Shown piece by piece: positions 20,448-32,704 of a stretch of 64,000 nt of DNA. Position 1 is the first letter of the stretch. Every line of letters begins with the position of its first letter. Source of the stretch: Candidatus Entotheonellaceae bacterium. Lineage in GTDB: Bacteria > Tectomicrobia > Entotheonellia > Entotheonellales > Entotheonellaceae. Where the stretch lies: the NCBI GenBank assembly GCA_965238075.1, contig OZ250173.1, positions 1,760,001-1,824,000 on the forward strand. The letters run 5' to 3'. The position numbers and the translations under genes are program-made. The notes beneath the pieces are model-generated. The model searched no databases, was not told the origin of the DNA, and worked only from the letters and a program-made list of their open reading frames with translations.

Positions 20448-21560
20448 ATGGAAGTGCAAGAAGGTCTTGAAGGGGTCGTAGCGTTTGCCTCGGGACTGAG
20501 TTCGATCGTTGGGGCGACGCTGACCTATCGCGGCTACGTGATTGAAGATCTGGCGGAGCACTCGACCTTTGAAGAAGTGGTGTACCTGTTATGGCACGGG
20601 CAGTTGCCGAGCCAGGCCGAACTCGACCAACTGATCCATGACCTCCGCAGCCAGTACGCGCTTCCGGAACCCGTGCTCGACGTCATGCACCGCCTGCCGA
20701 CCGACGTTCATCCCATGGAGTACGTGCGCACCGTTACCTCCGTCATGGCCCTCTACGATCCCGACCGACACGACAATTCACACGACGCCAACGTCCGCAA
20801 GGCCACCCGCATGGTGGCGCGAATGCCCGCCCTGGTGGCGGGGTTCGACTGTATCCGTAACGGCAAGGAACCCCTGGCGCCGAAGCCGGACGTCAATATC
20901 GCCACCAATTTCCTCTACATGCTGCAAGGACAGGACCCCGACCCGGAGTTTGCGCAATTCTTCGACACCGCCCTGATTCTCCACGCCGACCACGAAATCA
21001 ACGCCTCGACGTTCGCCGCTCGCGTCACCGTAGCAACCATTTCGGACATCTATTCGGGCGTGGTGTCGGCCATCGGCGCCCTCAAGGGTCCGCTGCACGG
21101 CGGCGCCAACGAGCAGGTGATGGTCACCCTCAAAGCCATCGGCAGCATGGACAACGTCAAGCCCTACCTGATGAAGGCGCTGGCCAACAAGGATCGCATC
21201 ATGGGGTTCGGCCACCGCGTCTACAAGGAAGGCGACCCGCGCGCCAAAATCCTCGGGCCGATGTCCAAGCGCATGGGCGAGAAGACCGGACAGCCGCAGT
21301 GGTACGAAATGTCCGTGCAGGTCCATGAGCTTATGGAGCGCGAGAAGGGCCTGATCCCGAACGTCGATTTCTACTCCGCCTCGACCTACCACAACATGGG
21401 TATTCCTACCGACATCTTCACGCCGGTCTTCGTGATCAGCCGCGTGGCCGGCTGGACCGCACACATCATCGAACAGCTGGACCGCAACCGCCTGATCCGC
21501 CCGCGCGCCAAGTACGTCGGGCCCGTCGACCTGAAGTGGGTGCCGCCCGCTCAGCGTTAG
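20448..21560 (+). CDS. Citrate synthase (short type; 2-methylcitrate synthase not excluded)
   Basis: GLEGVV, HADHEINASTF, GPLHGGANE, MGFGHRVYK, PNVDFYS. Confidence 0.93.
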   Translation: MEVQEGLEGVVAFASGLSSIVGATLTYRGYVIEDLAEHSTFEEVVYLLWHGQLPSQAELDQLIHDLRSQYALPEPVLDVMHRLPTDVHPMEYVRTVTSVMALYDPDRHDNSHDANVRKATRMVARMPALVAGFDCIRNGKEPLAPKPDVNIATNFLYMLQGQDPDPEFAQFFDTALILHADHEINASTFAARVTVATISDIYSGVVSAIGALKGPLHGGANEQVMVTLKAIGSMDNVKPYLMKALANKDRIMGFGHRVYKEGDPRAKILGPMSKRMGEKTGQPQWYEMSVQVHELMEREKGLIPNVDFYSASTYHNMGIPTDIFTPVFVISRVAGWTAHIIEQLDRNRLIRPRAKYVGPVDLKWVPPAQR

Positions 21561-21642
21561 GATGAAGGCTCAACGAAGTGCGGGGCTGGACGGGTCGTGT
21601 TGCTCAAAGCGATGACGCTGTGAAGTGGCCAATAAACTTGTC

Positions 21643-21945
21643 GTTAAGCGTCACAGCCAGAGAGGAAGTGATGATGAACGTAAAGGAATTTGAAGACGCC
21701 GTGTGGGCCACGGAAGGAATTCGTATTGTGATTCGTGCAGGTGCGAATGGTGCGTTCGAGAATTACAAGTACGAACGTGCTGCGCCAGATAGTTGGAGCA
21801 TCAGTAGGCTACTGGAGAAACGTATCCAACAACATGCAAGCGACCTAGAGGTCATTGTTATTCAGGGCAACGGTGAGCAGCCCCGTGGCAATGTTGTCCT
21901 TCGAACACTTCGAGCGTCATATCGCAGCCAGTAGTACCGCTTAAC
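21643..21945 (+). mobile_element. Solitary integron gene-cassette remnant
   Basis: GTTAAGC (GTTRRRY) at 21643-21649 and complementary GCTTAAC (RYYYAAC) at 21939-21945 bracket one AT-richer ORF. Confidence 0.6.
21671..21934 (+). CDS. Hypothetical protein (87 aa) in cassette-like context
   Basis: GAGGA RBS, open frame, composition differs from flanks. Confidence 0.75.
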   Translation: MMNVKEFEDAVWATEGIRIVIRAGANGAFENYKYERAAPDSWSISRLLEKRIQQHASDLEVIVIQGNGEQPRGNVVLRTLRASYRSQ

Positions 21946-21984
21946 AAACCCAAATGTGCCGAAATCGCCCGATCAGCGCTGACG

Positions 21985-22686
21985 CTATGAACACCCGTCA
22001 ATAATCACCGTGAACTCCCCGCGCACCGACCGCTCCTGCCAGCTTTCCAACAGGCTGGCAGCCGTCCCGCGCATAACCTCTTCGTAGTGCTTGGTAAGTT
22101 CCCGTGCCACCACGACGCGCCGCTCGGCGCCGAAATGTTCCACGAGTTCGCGTAACAGCTTGACGAAGCGATGCGGGGATTCGTAGAGCACCACGGTGCG
22201 AAGCTCCTCCCGCAGCGCTTCCAGACGCTGCCGCCGCCGACCGCTCTTCACGGGCAGAAATCCTTCGAACACAAAGCGATTCATGGGCAGGCCGGAGACC
22301 GACAGGGCTGCGATGGCCGCGCTGGGTCCGGGTATGGGCACGACGGGGATGTCGTGCGGTAGCAGGACCTGCAGGAGATGATACGCCGGGTCGGCGATGC
22401 CCGGCGTGCCGGCGTCGGTGACCAGGGCAATACGCCGCCCCTCTTGCAGCAGGCCAAGCAGTCGTTGCGCCTGGGGCACCTTGTTGTGGTCGTGGTAGCT
22501 CAGCAGCGGGCGGGAGATATCGAAATGGGTCAGCAGCTTGCGCGTGTGCCGGGTATCCTCGGCGGCAATCAGGTCTACGCTACCGAGGACGCGCAGGGCG
22601 CGCAGGGTGATGTCGTCGAGATTGCCGATCGGCGTGGCGACGATGTAGAGCATGCCGCGGTCGTCTACCGGTGCCATCTCCGACAC
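21985..22686 (-). CDS. rsmI: 16S rRNA C1402 2'-O-methyltransferase
   Basis: LYIVATPIGNLDDIT, AEDTR, DAGTPGIADP, YESPHR, RELTK. Confidence 0.95.
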   Translation of the reverse strand: MSEMAPVDDRGMLYIVATPIGNLDDITLRALRVLGSVDLIAAEDTRHTRKLLTHFDISRPLLSYHDHNKVPQAQRLLGLLQEGRRIALVTDAGTPGIADPAYHLLQVLLPHDIPVVPIPGPSAAIAALSVSGLPMNRFVFEGFLPVKSGRRRQRLEALREELRTVVLYESPHRFVKLLRELVEHFGAERRVVVARELTKHYEEVMRGTAASLLESWQERSVRGEFTVIIDGCS

Positions 22687-22689
22687 GAC

Positions 22690-23433
22690 TCACCGCCCCT
22701 CGGCGAGCGCGCGGCCCTGAAAGATGGCCTGCATCTCGGCGCTGTAGACGTTCGGCGCTTGGTAGACGACCAGTGGCGGCAGCACCTCCAGGGCGTCTCG
22801 ACCGCCGCGCAGGGCTTCAACAAGGGCCATCGTCGCAGGGCCTTGATCGTTTGGGTGGACGAAACGCAGGCGGCAAGGATTCAGGCCGGCTGCTTCCAGA
22901 CGGCTGCACAACTCGGCAAGGCGGGATGGATGGTAGACCAGCAGCAGGCGGCTACGCCGCGCCAGCAGATGCCGCGCAGCCTGCACAACCTGGCACAGCG
23001 TCACCGCGACCTCATGGCGCGCAATGGCCTTTTCGGATTGCGGGTTGAGACGCCCGTGACCCACGGCGTGATACGGCGGATTGCACACCACGGTTCCGAA
23101 GCTTGCGGACGCAAAACATGCAGCGGCATCGCGGATATCGCCCTGTACGATGCTGACTTGTTGGGCCAGAGCGTTGTGCGCCACATTCCGTTGCGCCGCG
23201 GCCGCCAGGCCAGCTTGCAGTTCCAGCGCGACGATAGGAGATCCCGGAAAACGCCGCGCCAGCAGAAAGGCAACGATGCCGCAGCCAGTGCCGAGGTCGA
23301 TGATGGGTCCGGTGGTTATGGAAGGAACAAAATCGGCGAGCAGGAAGGCGTCGAGCGAGAAGCGGTAACCGTTCGGGTTTTGGTGCAAGGTGAGACGCCA
23401 GGCCCCAGGGGCATCCGACGCCTCGTCTCGCAA
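22690..23433 (-). CDS. tRNA1(Val) A37 N6-methyltransferase-like protein
   Basis: GYRFSLDAFLLA, DLGTGCG, CNPPY, IARHE; start uncertain. Confidence 0.85.
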   Translation of the reverse strand: MRDEASDAPGAWRLTLHQNPNGYRFSLDAFLLADFVPSITTGPIIDLGTGCGIVAFLLARRFPGSPIVALELQAGLAAAAQRNVAHNALAQQVSIVQGDIRDAAACFASASFGTVVCNPPYHAVGHGRLNPQSEKAIARHEVAVTLCQVVQAARHLLARRSRLLLVYHPSRLAELCSRLEAAGLNPCRLRFVHPNDQGPATMALVEALRGGRDALEVLPPLVVYQAPNVYSAEMQAIFQGRALAEGR

Positions 23434-23437
23434 CCCC

Positions 23438-23842
23438 TCAGCCTCGCCGCGCGCTGACCTGAAGGCGGACGAGGGCCCGCTGCAGCGCGGCGCTGGCGCG
23501 GTCGAAGTCAACGACCTGCGCGTCGCCGCTACGCAGCCGTTCCAAGGCGCGGTCGCGCGCTGAACCGGCGCGCTCCGGGTCGATTTCGGCCATGTCTTCC
23601 GCGACCTCGGCGAGCACGGTCACCTTGTCGTCGCTGACCTCCATGTAGCCCCGGAAGACGGTCAGGTAACGCTGCTGACCGTCCTTGCGAAGCATGAGCT
23701 CGCCCTGTCCCAGGTTGGTGAGGAAGGCGACGTGGCCGGGAAGAATGCCAAGATAGCCCTCCGTCCCGGGCAGATTCAGTTCATCCACCTCGTCCTGCAG
23801 GAGCAGGCGGTTCGGGGTAAGAATTTCCACGGACAACGGCAC
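23438..23842 (-). CDS. atpC: ATP synthase F1 epsilon subunit
   Basis: VEILTP, PGTEGYLGILPGH, C-terminal ALQRALVRL; follows atpD. Confidence 0.93.
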   Translation of the reverse strand: MPLSVEILTPNRLLLQDEVDELNLPGTEGYLGILPGHVAFLTNLGQGELMLRKDGQQRYLTVFRGYMEVSDDKVTVLAEVAEDMAEIDPERAGSARDRALERLRSGDAQVVDFDRASAALQRALVRLQVSARRG

Positions 23843-23844
23843 CG

Positions 23845-25347
<1,503 letters not shown>

Positions 25348-25351
25348 TTTT

Positions 25352-26278
25352 TTACAGGGCGTCCGCGCCGCTGACGACCTCGATCAGTTCCTTGGTAATG
25401 GCAGCCTGCCGCGCCCGGTTGAAGGTCAGGGTGAGGCTGGCGATCATCTCCGATGCGTTTTCCGTCGCCGAATCCATGGCCGTCATGCGGGCGCCGTGCT
25501 CGCCGGCGAAGGACTCCAGCAGCACCTGGAAGAGCTGGACGTCGACCTCCCGGCGCAGCAGGCTGTCCAGCACCGCCTCGGCGGACGGCTCGTAGATGAA
25601 ATCAAACGGCTCGGCGGGCTCGGCGTCCGTCGTGGTGTGGCCGCTCATGGGCAGGAGTTGCAAGGTGGTAACCACCTGATGCACGGCGGAGCCGAACCGG
25701 TTGTACAGAACCAGGACGCTCTTGTACCCGGCGGCCGTCTCCGAGGCTTCGTCCGCATAGCCGTAGTCGTCGTCTTCGGCGTCGTCCTGCGTGCCCTCGT
25801 AGGCGGCCAGAATCGTTGCCGCCAGTTCCACGGCTTGCTCGTATGCCACCTGGCGGGTGAACAGGTCCATATAAGACGCCTGCATCTCGTAGCGACGATA
25901 GGTGAGAAAATCCCGCCCCTTGCGCCCGATCGTAATGATATTGACGTTCTCATTGCCGCCCAGTTCACCCAGCACCTCGACGGCAGCGCGCTGCACATTG
26001 CCGTTGAATCCGCCGCACAGGCCGCGGTCCGACGTCACCAGCACCAGCAGGGTTTTGCCGCTGTCGCGGGGCGCCAGAAGGGGATGTATGTCGGGCCGCA
26101 CGCGGGCGTCGAGGTGCTCGAGCACCTGCCGCAGGCGCTGCGAATAGGGCCGCGCCGCCAGCACGCGGTCCTGGGCGCGCTGCAGCTTGGCGGCGGAGAC
26201 CATTTTCATGGCGTTGGTGATCTGCTGGGTGTTCTTGACGCTGGTAATACGCCGGCGGATGTCGCGCAAACTTGGCAT
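25352..26278 (-). CDS. atpG: ATP synthase F1 gamma subunit
   Basis: ITNAMKMVSAAK, TSDRGLCGGFN, EHGARMTAM, NRARQAAITKEL. Confidence 0.98.
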   Translation of the reverse strand: MPSLRDIRRRITSVKNTQQITNAMKMVSAAKLQRAQDRVLAARPYSQRLRQVLEHLDARVRPDIHPLLAPRDSGKTLLVLVTSDRGLCGGFNGNVQRAAVEVLGELGGNENVNIITIGRKGRDFLTYRRYEMQASYMDLFTRQVAYEQAVELAATILAAYEGTQDDAEDDDYGYADEASETAAGYKSVLVLYNRFGSAVHQVVTTLQLLPMSGHTTTDAEPAEPFDFIYEPSAEAVLDSLLRREVDVQLFQVLLESFAGEHGARMTAMDSATENASEMIASLTLTFNRARQAAITKELIEVVSGADAL

Positions 26279-26280
26279 GA

Positions 26281-27843
26281 CTAGGCCGTTCCCACCTGAG
26301 CGGTTTGCAACGCCTTGTAAGCTTCGAGAGCCTCGCGCAGCGCCGTCTGCGTCGCCTCGGTAATTTCCCCGGTCTCCGCAATGCTGCGCGGGATGTCAGG
26401 GTGGCGCGTTTCAACGTTCTGCAGGAAGTCGCGTGTGAAGTCCTGGCAGGAATCGGTCGGCTGGTCGTCCAGAAAACCGTTGACGGCTGCGAAGATGGTG
26501 ATCACTTGCTGCTCGAAGCGCAGCGGTTCGTACTGGCCCTGCTTGAGGATTTCGACCATGCGTTCGCCACGCGACAACTGCGCCTGGGTGGCGGTGTCGA
26601 GCTCGCTGCCGAATTGCGCGAAGGCCGCCATTTCCCGATACTGCGCCAGGTCGAGCCGCAGCCGCCCGGCCACCTGCTTCATGGCCCGCGTTTGCGCCGC
26701 GCCGCCGACGCGCGACACGGACAGGCCGACGTTGATCGCCGGGCGCACGCCGGAATAAAACAGGTCGGATTCGAGATAAATCTGGCCGTCCGTGATGGAG
26801 ATGACGTTGGTAGGAATGTAAGCCGACACGTCACCGGCCTGGGTTTCGATGATCGGCAGCGCCGTCAGGGAGCCGCCGCCGTGGTCGTCGCTGAGCTTGG
26901 CGGCGCGTTCCAGCAGGCGGGAGTGCAGGTAGAACACGTCGCCGGGGTAGGCTTCGCGTCCGGGCGGGCGGCGCAGCAGCAAGGAGAGCTGTCGGTAGGC
27001 CGCGGCTTGCTTGGAGAGATCGTCGTAGATGCACAGCGCATGGCCGCCCTTGTCGCGGAAATACTCGCCCATGGCGCAACCGGCGTAGGGCGCTACGTAC
27101 TGCAGAGGCGCCGGATCACTGGCCGTGGCCGCCACCACGATGGAGTAACGCATGGCACCGTGTTCTTCCAGCACGCGCACGACCTGCGCCACCGTCGAGC
27201 GCTTCTGGCCGATAGCGACGTAGATGCAGACGACGCCGGGATGCCCCGGCTTCCACGCCGGCTCCCCCTCCCACGCCGCCTTCTGGCTGATCATGGCGTC
27301 GATGGCCACCGCGGTCTTGCCGGTCTGGCGGTCGCCGATGATGAGTTCGCGCTGCCCGCGTCCGATCGGCACCATGGAATCGATGGCCTTGAGGCCGGTT
27401 TGCAGCGGCTGGTTCACCGGATGGCGGTCGATCACGCCCGGCGCGATGCGCTCGATGGGGCTGCTGTCCTTCGTGTCGATCGGCCCCTTGCCGTCGATGG
27501 GCTGCCCCAGCGAATTGACGACGCGCCCAATCATCGCCTCGCCCACCGGCACTTCCATGATGCGGCCGGTGCGGCGTACCTCGTCGCCCTCCTTGATGTC
27601 CGTGTCGGCGCCCAGCAACACCGCGCCGACGTTGTCTTCTTCAAGGTTGAGGGCCATGCCGTATATGTCGTGCGGGAAGAGCAACAACTCGCCGGCCATG
27701 CACTTGTCGAGGCCGTAAATGCGGGCGATGCCGTCGCCGACGGTAATCACCGAGCCCGTTTCGGCGAGCTCGACCTCGCCGACGTAGCCCTCGATCTGGC
27801 GTTTGATGATTTCACTGATTTCTGCTGCGTTAATATCCGCCAC
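26281..27843 (-). CDS. atpA: ATP synthase F1 alpha subunit
   Basis: [27 protein letters not shown]. Confidence 0.99.
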   Translation of the reverse strand: MADINAAEISEIIKRQIEGYVGEVELAETGSVITVGDGIARIYGLDKCMAGELLLFPHDIYGMALNLEEDNVGAVLLGADTDIKEGDEVRRTGRIMEVPVGEAMIGRVVNSLGQPIDGKGPIDTKDSSPIERIAPGVIDRHPVNQPLQTGLKAIDSMVPIGRGQRELIIGDRQTGKTAVAIDAMISQKAAWEGEPAWKPGHPGVVCIYVAIGQKRSTVAQVVRVLEEHGAMRYSIVVAATASDPAPLQYVAPYAGCAMGEYFRDKGGHALCIYDDLSKQAAAYRQLSLLLRRPPGREAYPGDVFYLHSRLLERAAKLSDDHGGGSLTALPIIETQAGDVSAYIPTNVISITDGQIYLESDLFYSGVRPAINVGLSVSRVGGAAQTRAMKQVAGRLRLDLAQYREMAAFAQFGSELDTATQAQLSRGERMVEILKQGQYEPLRFEQQVITIFAAVNGFLDDQPTDSCQDFTRDFLQNVETRHPDIPRSIAETGEITEATQTALREALEAYKALQTAQVGTA

Positions 27844-27849
27844 GATGCC

Positions 27850-28392
27850 TCATCCTCCTATCAGTTCCTTGCGCAACTGGGTGAGCTGGCCTCGCAGGCT
27901 GCCATCCAGAACGACATTATTGACACGCACCACCAAGCCGCCGAGGAGGCGCGGGTCCACGTGCGCTTCCAGAATCACGTTCTTGTGCGTCATGTCCGCG
28001 ATTTTATGCGTCACGGCCTCGCGTTGCTCCGCCGCAAGCTCGATGGCCGTGGTCACCTGCGCCACCACACGTTGCAATTCCTCGTTGGCCAGCCGCTCGT
28101 AGTGCTCACAGATTACGTCGAATTGGTTCAACCGTTTTTTTTCGAGAAGAAGCAGGAGGAAATTCCGCAGCAGGGGAGACGGCTGCGTGCGGTCAAGAAC
28201 GGCCGTCAGGAGACCGGCTTTGTCATCTGCGTCAATGCCAGGGTTGTTCAGAATCAGTTGCAGGTCGGCGTTTGAGCGCAGGAGACTGAGGTGCTGCTGC
28301 AATTGCTCGGCGATGTCGGCAACCTGATCATCGCGCTTGGCCAACTCCACCAAGGCTTTCGCATATCTCCGCGCCGCGGCCCTGCCTTTCAA
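27850..28392 (-). CDS. atpH: ATP synthase delta subunit
   Basis: ARRYAKAL, DPRLLGG..LDGSLRGQL; TTG start after a purine-rich RBS. Confidence 0.93.
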   Translation of the reverse strand: MKGRAAARRYAKALVELAKRDDQVADIAEQLQQHLSLLRSNADLQLILNNPGIDADDKAGLLTAVLDRTQPSPLLRNFLLLLLEKKRLNQFDVICEHYERLANEELQRVVAQVTTAIELAAEQREAVTHKIADMTHKNVILEAHVDPRLLGGLVVRVNNVVLDGSLRGQLTQLRKELIGG

Positions 28393-28728
28393 GAAACTCC
28401 CTCCCCTGACCCCTCCCAAGAGGAGGGGAAAATTCCCAAGTTTGTGGCGTGCACTCTGTATACCGGTGATGCCCGAGCAACTCGTGTCTATGGACGCAAC
28501 GGTTGACGGCCTTGGTTCCCGTCTCGCCCTATCTCCAAAAAGTTGTTCCCCGCACCTGTCTACCAGCGCATTACCAGTCATCAAGGTTCAGGGAAATGGG
28601 CAAGAAAAACGGAGGATACGTTCAAATTTCCTGAAGTCGGGGCATCAAACTACCATATTTTCAGTGCCGCGGCAAGACGATCTGGCGCATGCAACACGCG
28701 CGTTGTTACAGGTTGTTCAGACCTTCTG

Positions 28729-29724
28729 CTAAGCCAATTCGTAGATGGAAGTGAGCTTCGGCTCGTCGCCGTCGACCACCCTGGCGCGGGCGGTGTCAAC
28801 GAGGTGCAACAGGTGGGCGTGCACCGAATTGGCCGCCGGGTACCACAGGCGCTTGTCGTAGCCGACGTACATGTCGGGCACGATGTCGGCGATGCGCCGC
28901 GCGCCGCCTCGCAGGTGGGCGATGATCTGCTGCTCGCGCTCCTCGCGGTGCGCGATGCACGCCCGCACGTAGCGGTCCGGCTCGGTGATGGCGGGTCCGT
29001 GCGTCGGCCAGTAGCGCTCGGCTCGGCGGGGCAGCAGTTTGCGCAGCGAGGCCAGGTAGTTCTGCATGGAGCCGTCGGGCGGCGACACCACGCTGGTGGC
29101 CCAGCCCATCACGTGGTCGCCAGAGAACAGGCAGTTTTCCTCCTGCAGGTGATAGCACAGGTGATTGGAGCAGTGGCCCGGGGTGTGCACCGCGGTCATC
29201 GTCCAGTTGCCGCCGCGCACCACGTCGCCGTCGCCGAGACACTCGTCGGGCCGGAAGTCGAGGTCGGGGCCCTCGCGTTTCAGTTCTGCCGGCAAATCGT
29301 CCCATTCCTTGTCGAAACGGCTCTTTTCTTCCGCCGTGAAGTAGGCCGAGAAATCCACCCGGTCGTTCGGATCGTAAGCTCGCACCGCGCCGTGCGGCCC
29401 GAAGCCGTAAGAGCGGGCGCCGGTCAACTCCTGCAGGCGGGCGGTCAGGGACGAATGATCGCTGTGCGTGTGGGTGATCAGGACGTGCGTCACCGTCTCG
29501 CCGGGGCCCAGCGCCGCCAGCACGTCGTCGACGTGCGAGGACAGCGGCGGCCCGGGATCAATCACCGCTACCCCGCCCGTGCCCACGATGTAGGTACCCG
29601 TACCCTTATAGGTGAACGGCGTCGGATTGCGGCAAACGACCCGGCGGATCAGCGGCGTCATCCGTATGACGGCGCCGTAGTCAAACGCGCCCATGTCACG
29701 GTAATGCTCAATTTGCACGGCCAT
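28729..29724 (-). CDS. Metallo-beta-lactamase-fold hydrolase (LACTB2-like)
   Basis: THTHSDH, HTPGH, SGDHVMG, PTHG. Confidence 0.9.
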   Translation of the reverse strand: MAVQIEHYRDMGAFDYGAVIRMTPLIRRVVCRNPTPFTYKGTGTYIVGTGGVAVIDPGPPLSSHVDDVLAALGPGETVTHVLITHTHSDHSSLTARLQELTGARSYGFGPHGAVRAYDPNDRVDFSAYFTAEEKSRFDKEWDDLPAELKREGPDLDFRPDECLGDGDVVRGGNWTMTAVHTPGHCSNHLCYHLQEENCLFSGDHVMGWATSVVSPPDGSMQNYLASLRKLLPRRAERYWPTHGPAITEPDRYVRACIAHREEREQQIIAHLRGGARRIADIVPDMYVGYDKRLWYPAANSVHAHLLHLVDTARARVVDGDEPKLTSIYELA

Positions 29725-29892
29725 ATCGCTCCTTTTCTGCGCTGCGGGCGCTCATCCTAAGGGCCGCCTTCCGCCGCTGTCAAGAACGCCGCCGGGTTTG
29801 CCAATGCCTGTGACTTGTCATCTAATAAAGCGCGTCGGCTCCGTGCAGCGTAACCACCGAACACCTTCCTTTCTCACAAAGCGAGGCACTCC

Positions 29893-31107
<1,215 letters not shown>

Positions 31108-31241
31108 GAGCATTCCCGTGTCGGATTGATTCGGGTCTCATTTGAGATTTCCCCCTCCCTTTCGGGGAGAAAGGAGTCGTATCATCCGAGATTGCTCCAG
31201 AAAGGTTGGATGCAGACGGGAAATGTTTCCGCCTGAAAGGC

Positions 31242-31832
31242 ATGGCGATGAAACATCTAGCGGGTTTCAGGAACTATCTCAACACGGCCTACGAGCAATC
31301 CGTGTTCGAGCGAGCGCTTGCCGTGCAGGACCTGTGGGCATGCCACCTGCACACCCGTCGCATGGCGCGGCTGCGGGTGACGGCCAACCTGACCCACGAC
31401 TTGCAGGTGGACGTCGAGGGCGAGGGCCCGGAAGACCTGCCTAAGCTGCATGTCAAGCTCCTGTACCCAGCCGCCCAAGCCGCCGCGGTGGCGCCCCTCA
31501 TCAAGTTCGACCCGCGCGTCCGGGCGCAGGGGCTCAAACCATTTCTGTCGCCGGCAGCCCGCCATCACGTGAAGAACAAATCACTGTTCGTGCTGATGAA
31601 GGACCGCGACGTGGTGGTCTTCACCCTTCTGGAAGGCGAGGTCGCGAGGGGTATCATCGGCGATTTCAGCCGCTACGACATCACCGTCAACCTCAAGGGC
31701 GGCCTGCCCGTGGTGCTGTTGCGGCACAGTATCTACGACCTGCGCAACAAGCGGGGGCGCTGCTATCTGAAATCCTCCCAGGACACCCACCGTGACTGGC
31801 AGAAGAGCGAGTACTTCGTACCGCTCCACTGA
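31242..31832 (+). CDS. Hypothetical protein with possible tandem Sm/Hfq-like domains
   Basis: C-half LMKDRDVVVFTLLEGEVARGIIGDFSRYDITV..VLLRHSI resembles the Hfq Sm1/Sm2 pattern. Confidence 0.6.
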   Translation: MAMKHLAGFRNYLNTAYEQSVFERALAVQDLWACHLHTRRMARLRVTANLTHDLQVDVEGEGPEDLPKLHVKLLYPAAQAAAVAPLIKFDPRVRAQGLKPFLSPAARHHVKNKSLFVLMKDRDVVVFTLLEGEVARGIIGDFSRYDITVNLKGGLPVVLLRHSIYDLRNKRGRCYLKSSQDTHRDWQKSEYFVPLH

Positions 31833-31845
31833 CAGTTTCCATCCT

Positions 31846-32700
31846 TCAGGAATCCTTGCTTGCCAGTAGCACGAAGAGGCGGCTGTCGCGCCGCACCGGG
31901 GTGCCCATCCAATCGCCGCAGGCCGCGGTGAGGGTGAGGCCGGCGGCGGCGAGCATGTGTTTGAGCTCGGCGAGCGAATAGGCTTGGCCGCTCAACCCAA
32001 AGGCGTGCGCGACGCCGGTTTCGGCCTCACAAATGAAATCCCGCCGCGCGTAGGTCTTGGTGCGGTTGTAATAGTAGTATTCACTCAGCACTAGCTGGGG
32101 GAAGCGCCCGGCAATGAAATTCCCGCCAACCCACCATTCCTGCATGCCATCCAGATCGGCAAAGAACGCCGGGGCGTAGACGTCGAGCAGCAGCGTGCCG
32201 CCGGGGCGCAGGCTGCGGCTGATGCCCTTCAGCACGGCTTCCGCGTCCCGGCGCGGCATTTCCGTGAAGCACCCGAAGATGAAGATGACGAGGTGGAAGA
32301 CGTTCTCGAACGGCAGGTGCCGCAGGTCGCCGTGCAACCACTCGACGTGCACCCCGGCGCGTTTGGTCCGCCGCCGGGCGGCGTTGATGGCGGCAGGGCC
32401 CAAGTCGATACCCGTCACGACGGCGCCGCGTTTCGCCATGGCGATGCTGTGCCGGCCGCCACCACAGGCAAGATCGAGAATGCGGTGGCCGGGGGTCAGC
32501 AGGCTGTTACGTTCCAGGAAAGCAATCTCTCGCTGCGTGTAGCGGCTTGAGCGGGTAGCAGTACGCAGGAAGTGGCGGCTGAAGTCGGCCTCGTGCCAAG
32601 GCAACGAACCGACGTCGACGAACGGTTGCGGACGCGCTTTACGCGCGGCAATGGCCTGCAGGCCACACAGGAAGGCAGTGGGATCCCTCGGAATGGACAC
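31846..32700 (-). CDS. Class I SAM-dependent methyltransferase
   Basis: ILDLACGGGRH, GDLRHLPF, LRPGG. Confidence 0.88.
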   Translation of the reverse strand: MSIPRDPTAFLCGLQAIAARKARPQPFVDVGSLPWHEADFSRHFLRTATRSSRYTQREIAFLERNSLLTPGHRILDLACGGGRHSIAMAKRGAVVTGIDLGPAAINAARRRTKRAGVHVEWLHGDLRHLPFENVFHLVIFIFGCFTEMPRRDAEAVLKGISRSLRPGGTLLLDVYAPAFFADLDGMQEWWVGGNFIAGRFPQLVLSEYYYYNRTKTYARRDFICEAETGVAHAFGLSGQAYSLAELKHMLAAAGLTLTAACGDWMGTPVRRDSRLFVLLASKDS

Positions 32701-32704
32701 GCAG

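Noticed and set aside
26305..28275. Long plus-strand ORFs opposite atpA (also 24181-25374, 39994-41841, 51603-53117 and others)
   Set aside because: Antisense shadow ORFs typical of high-GC coding DNA, with no recognisable motifs.
31149..31178. C-rich/G-rich hairpin after the enolase-family gene as a terminator
   Set aside because: Imperfect stem with no U-tract; it may be a degenerate REP but is too weak to call.
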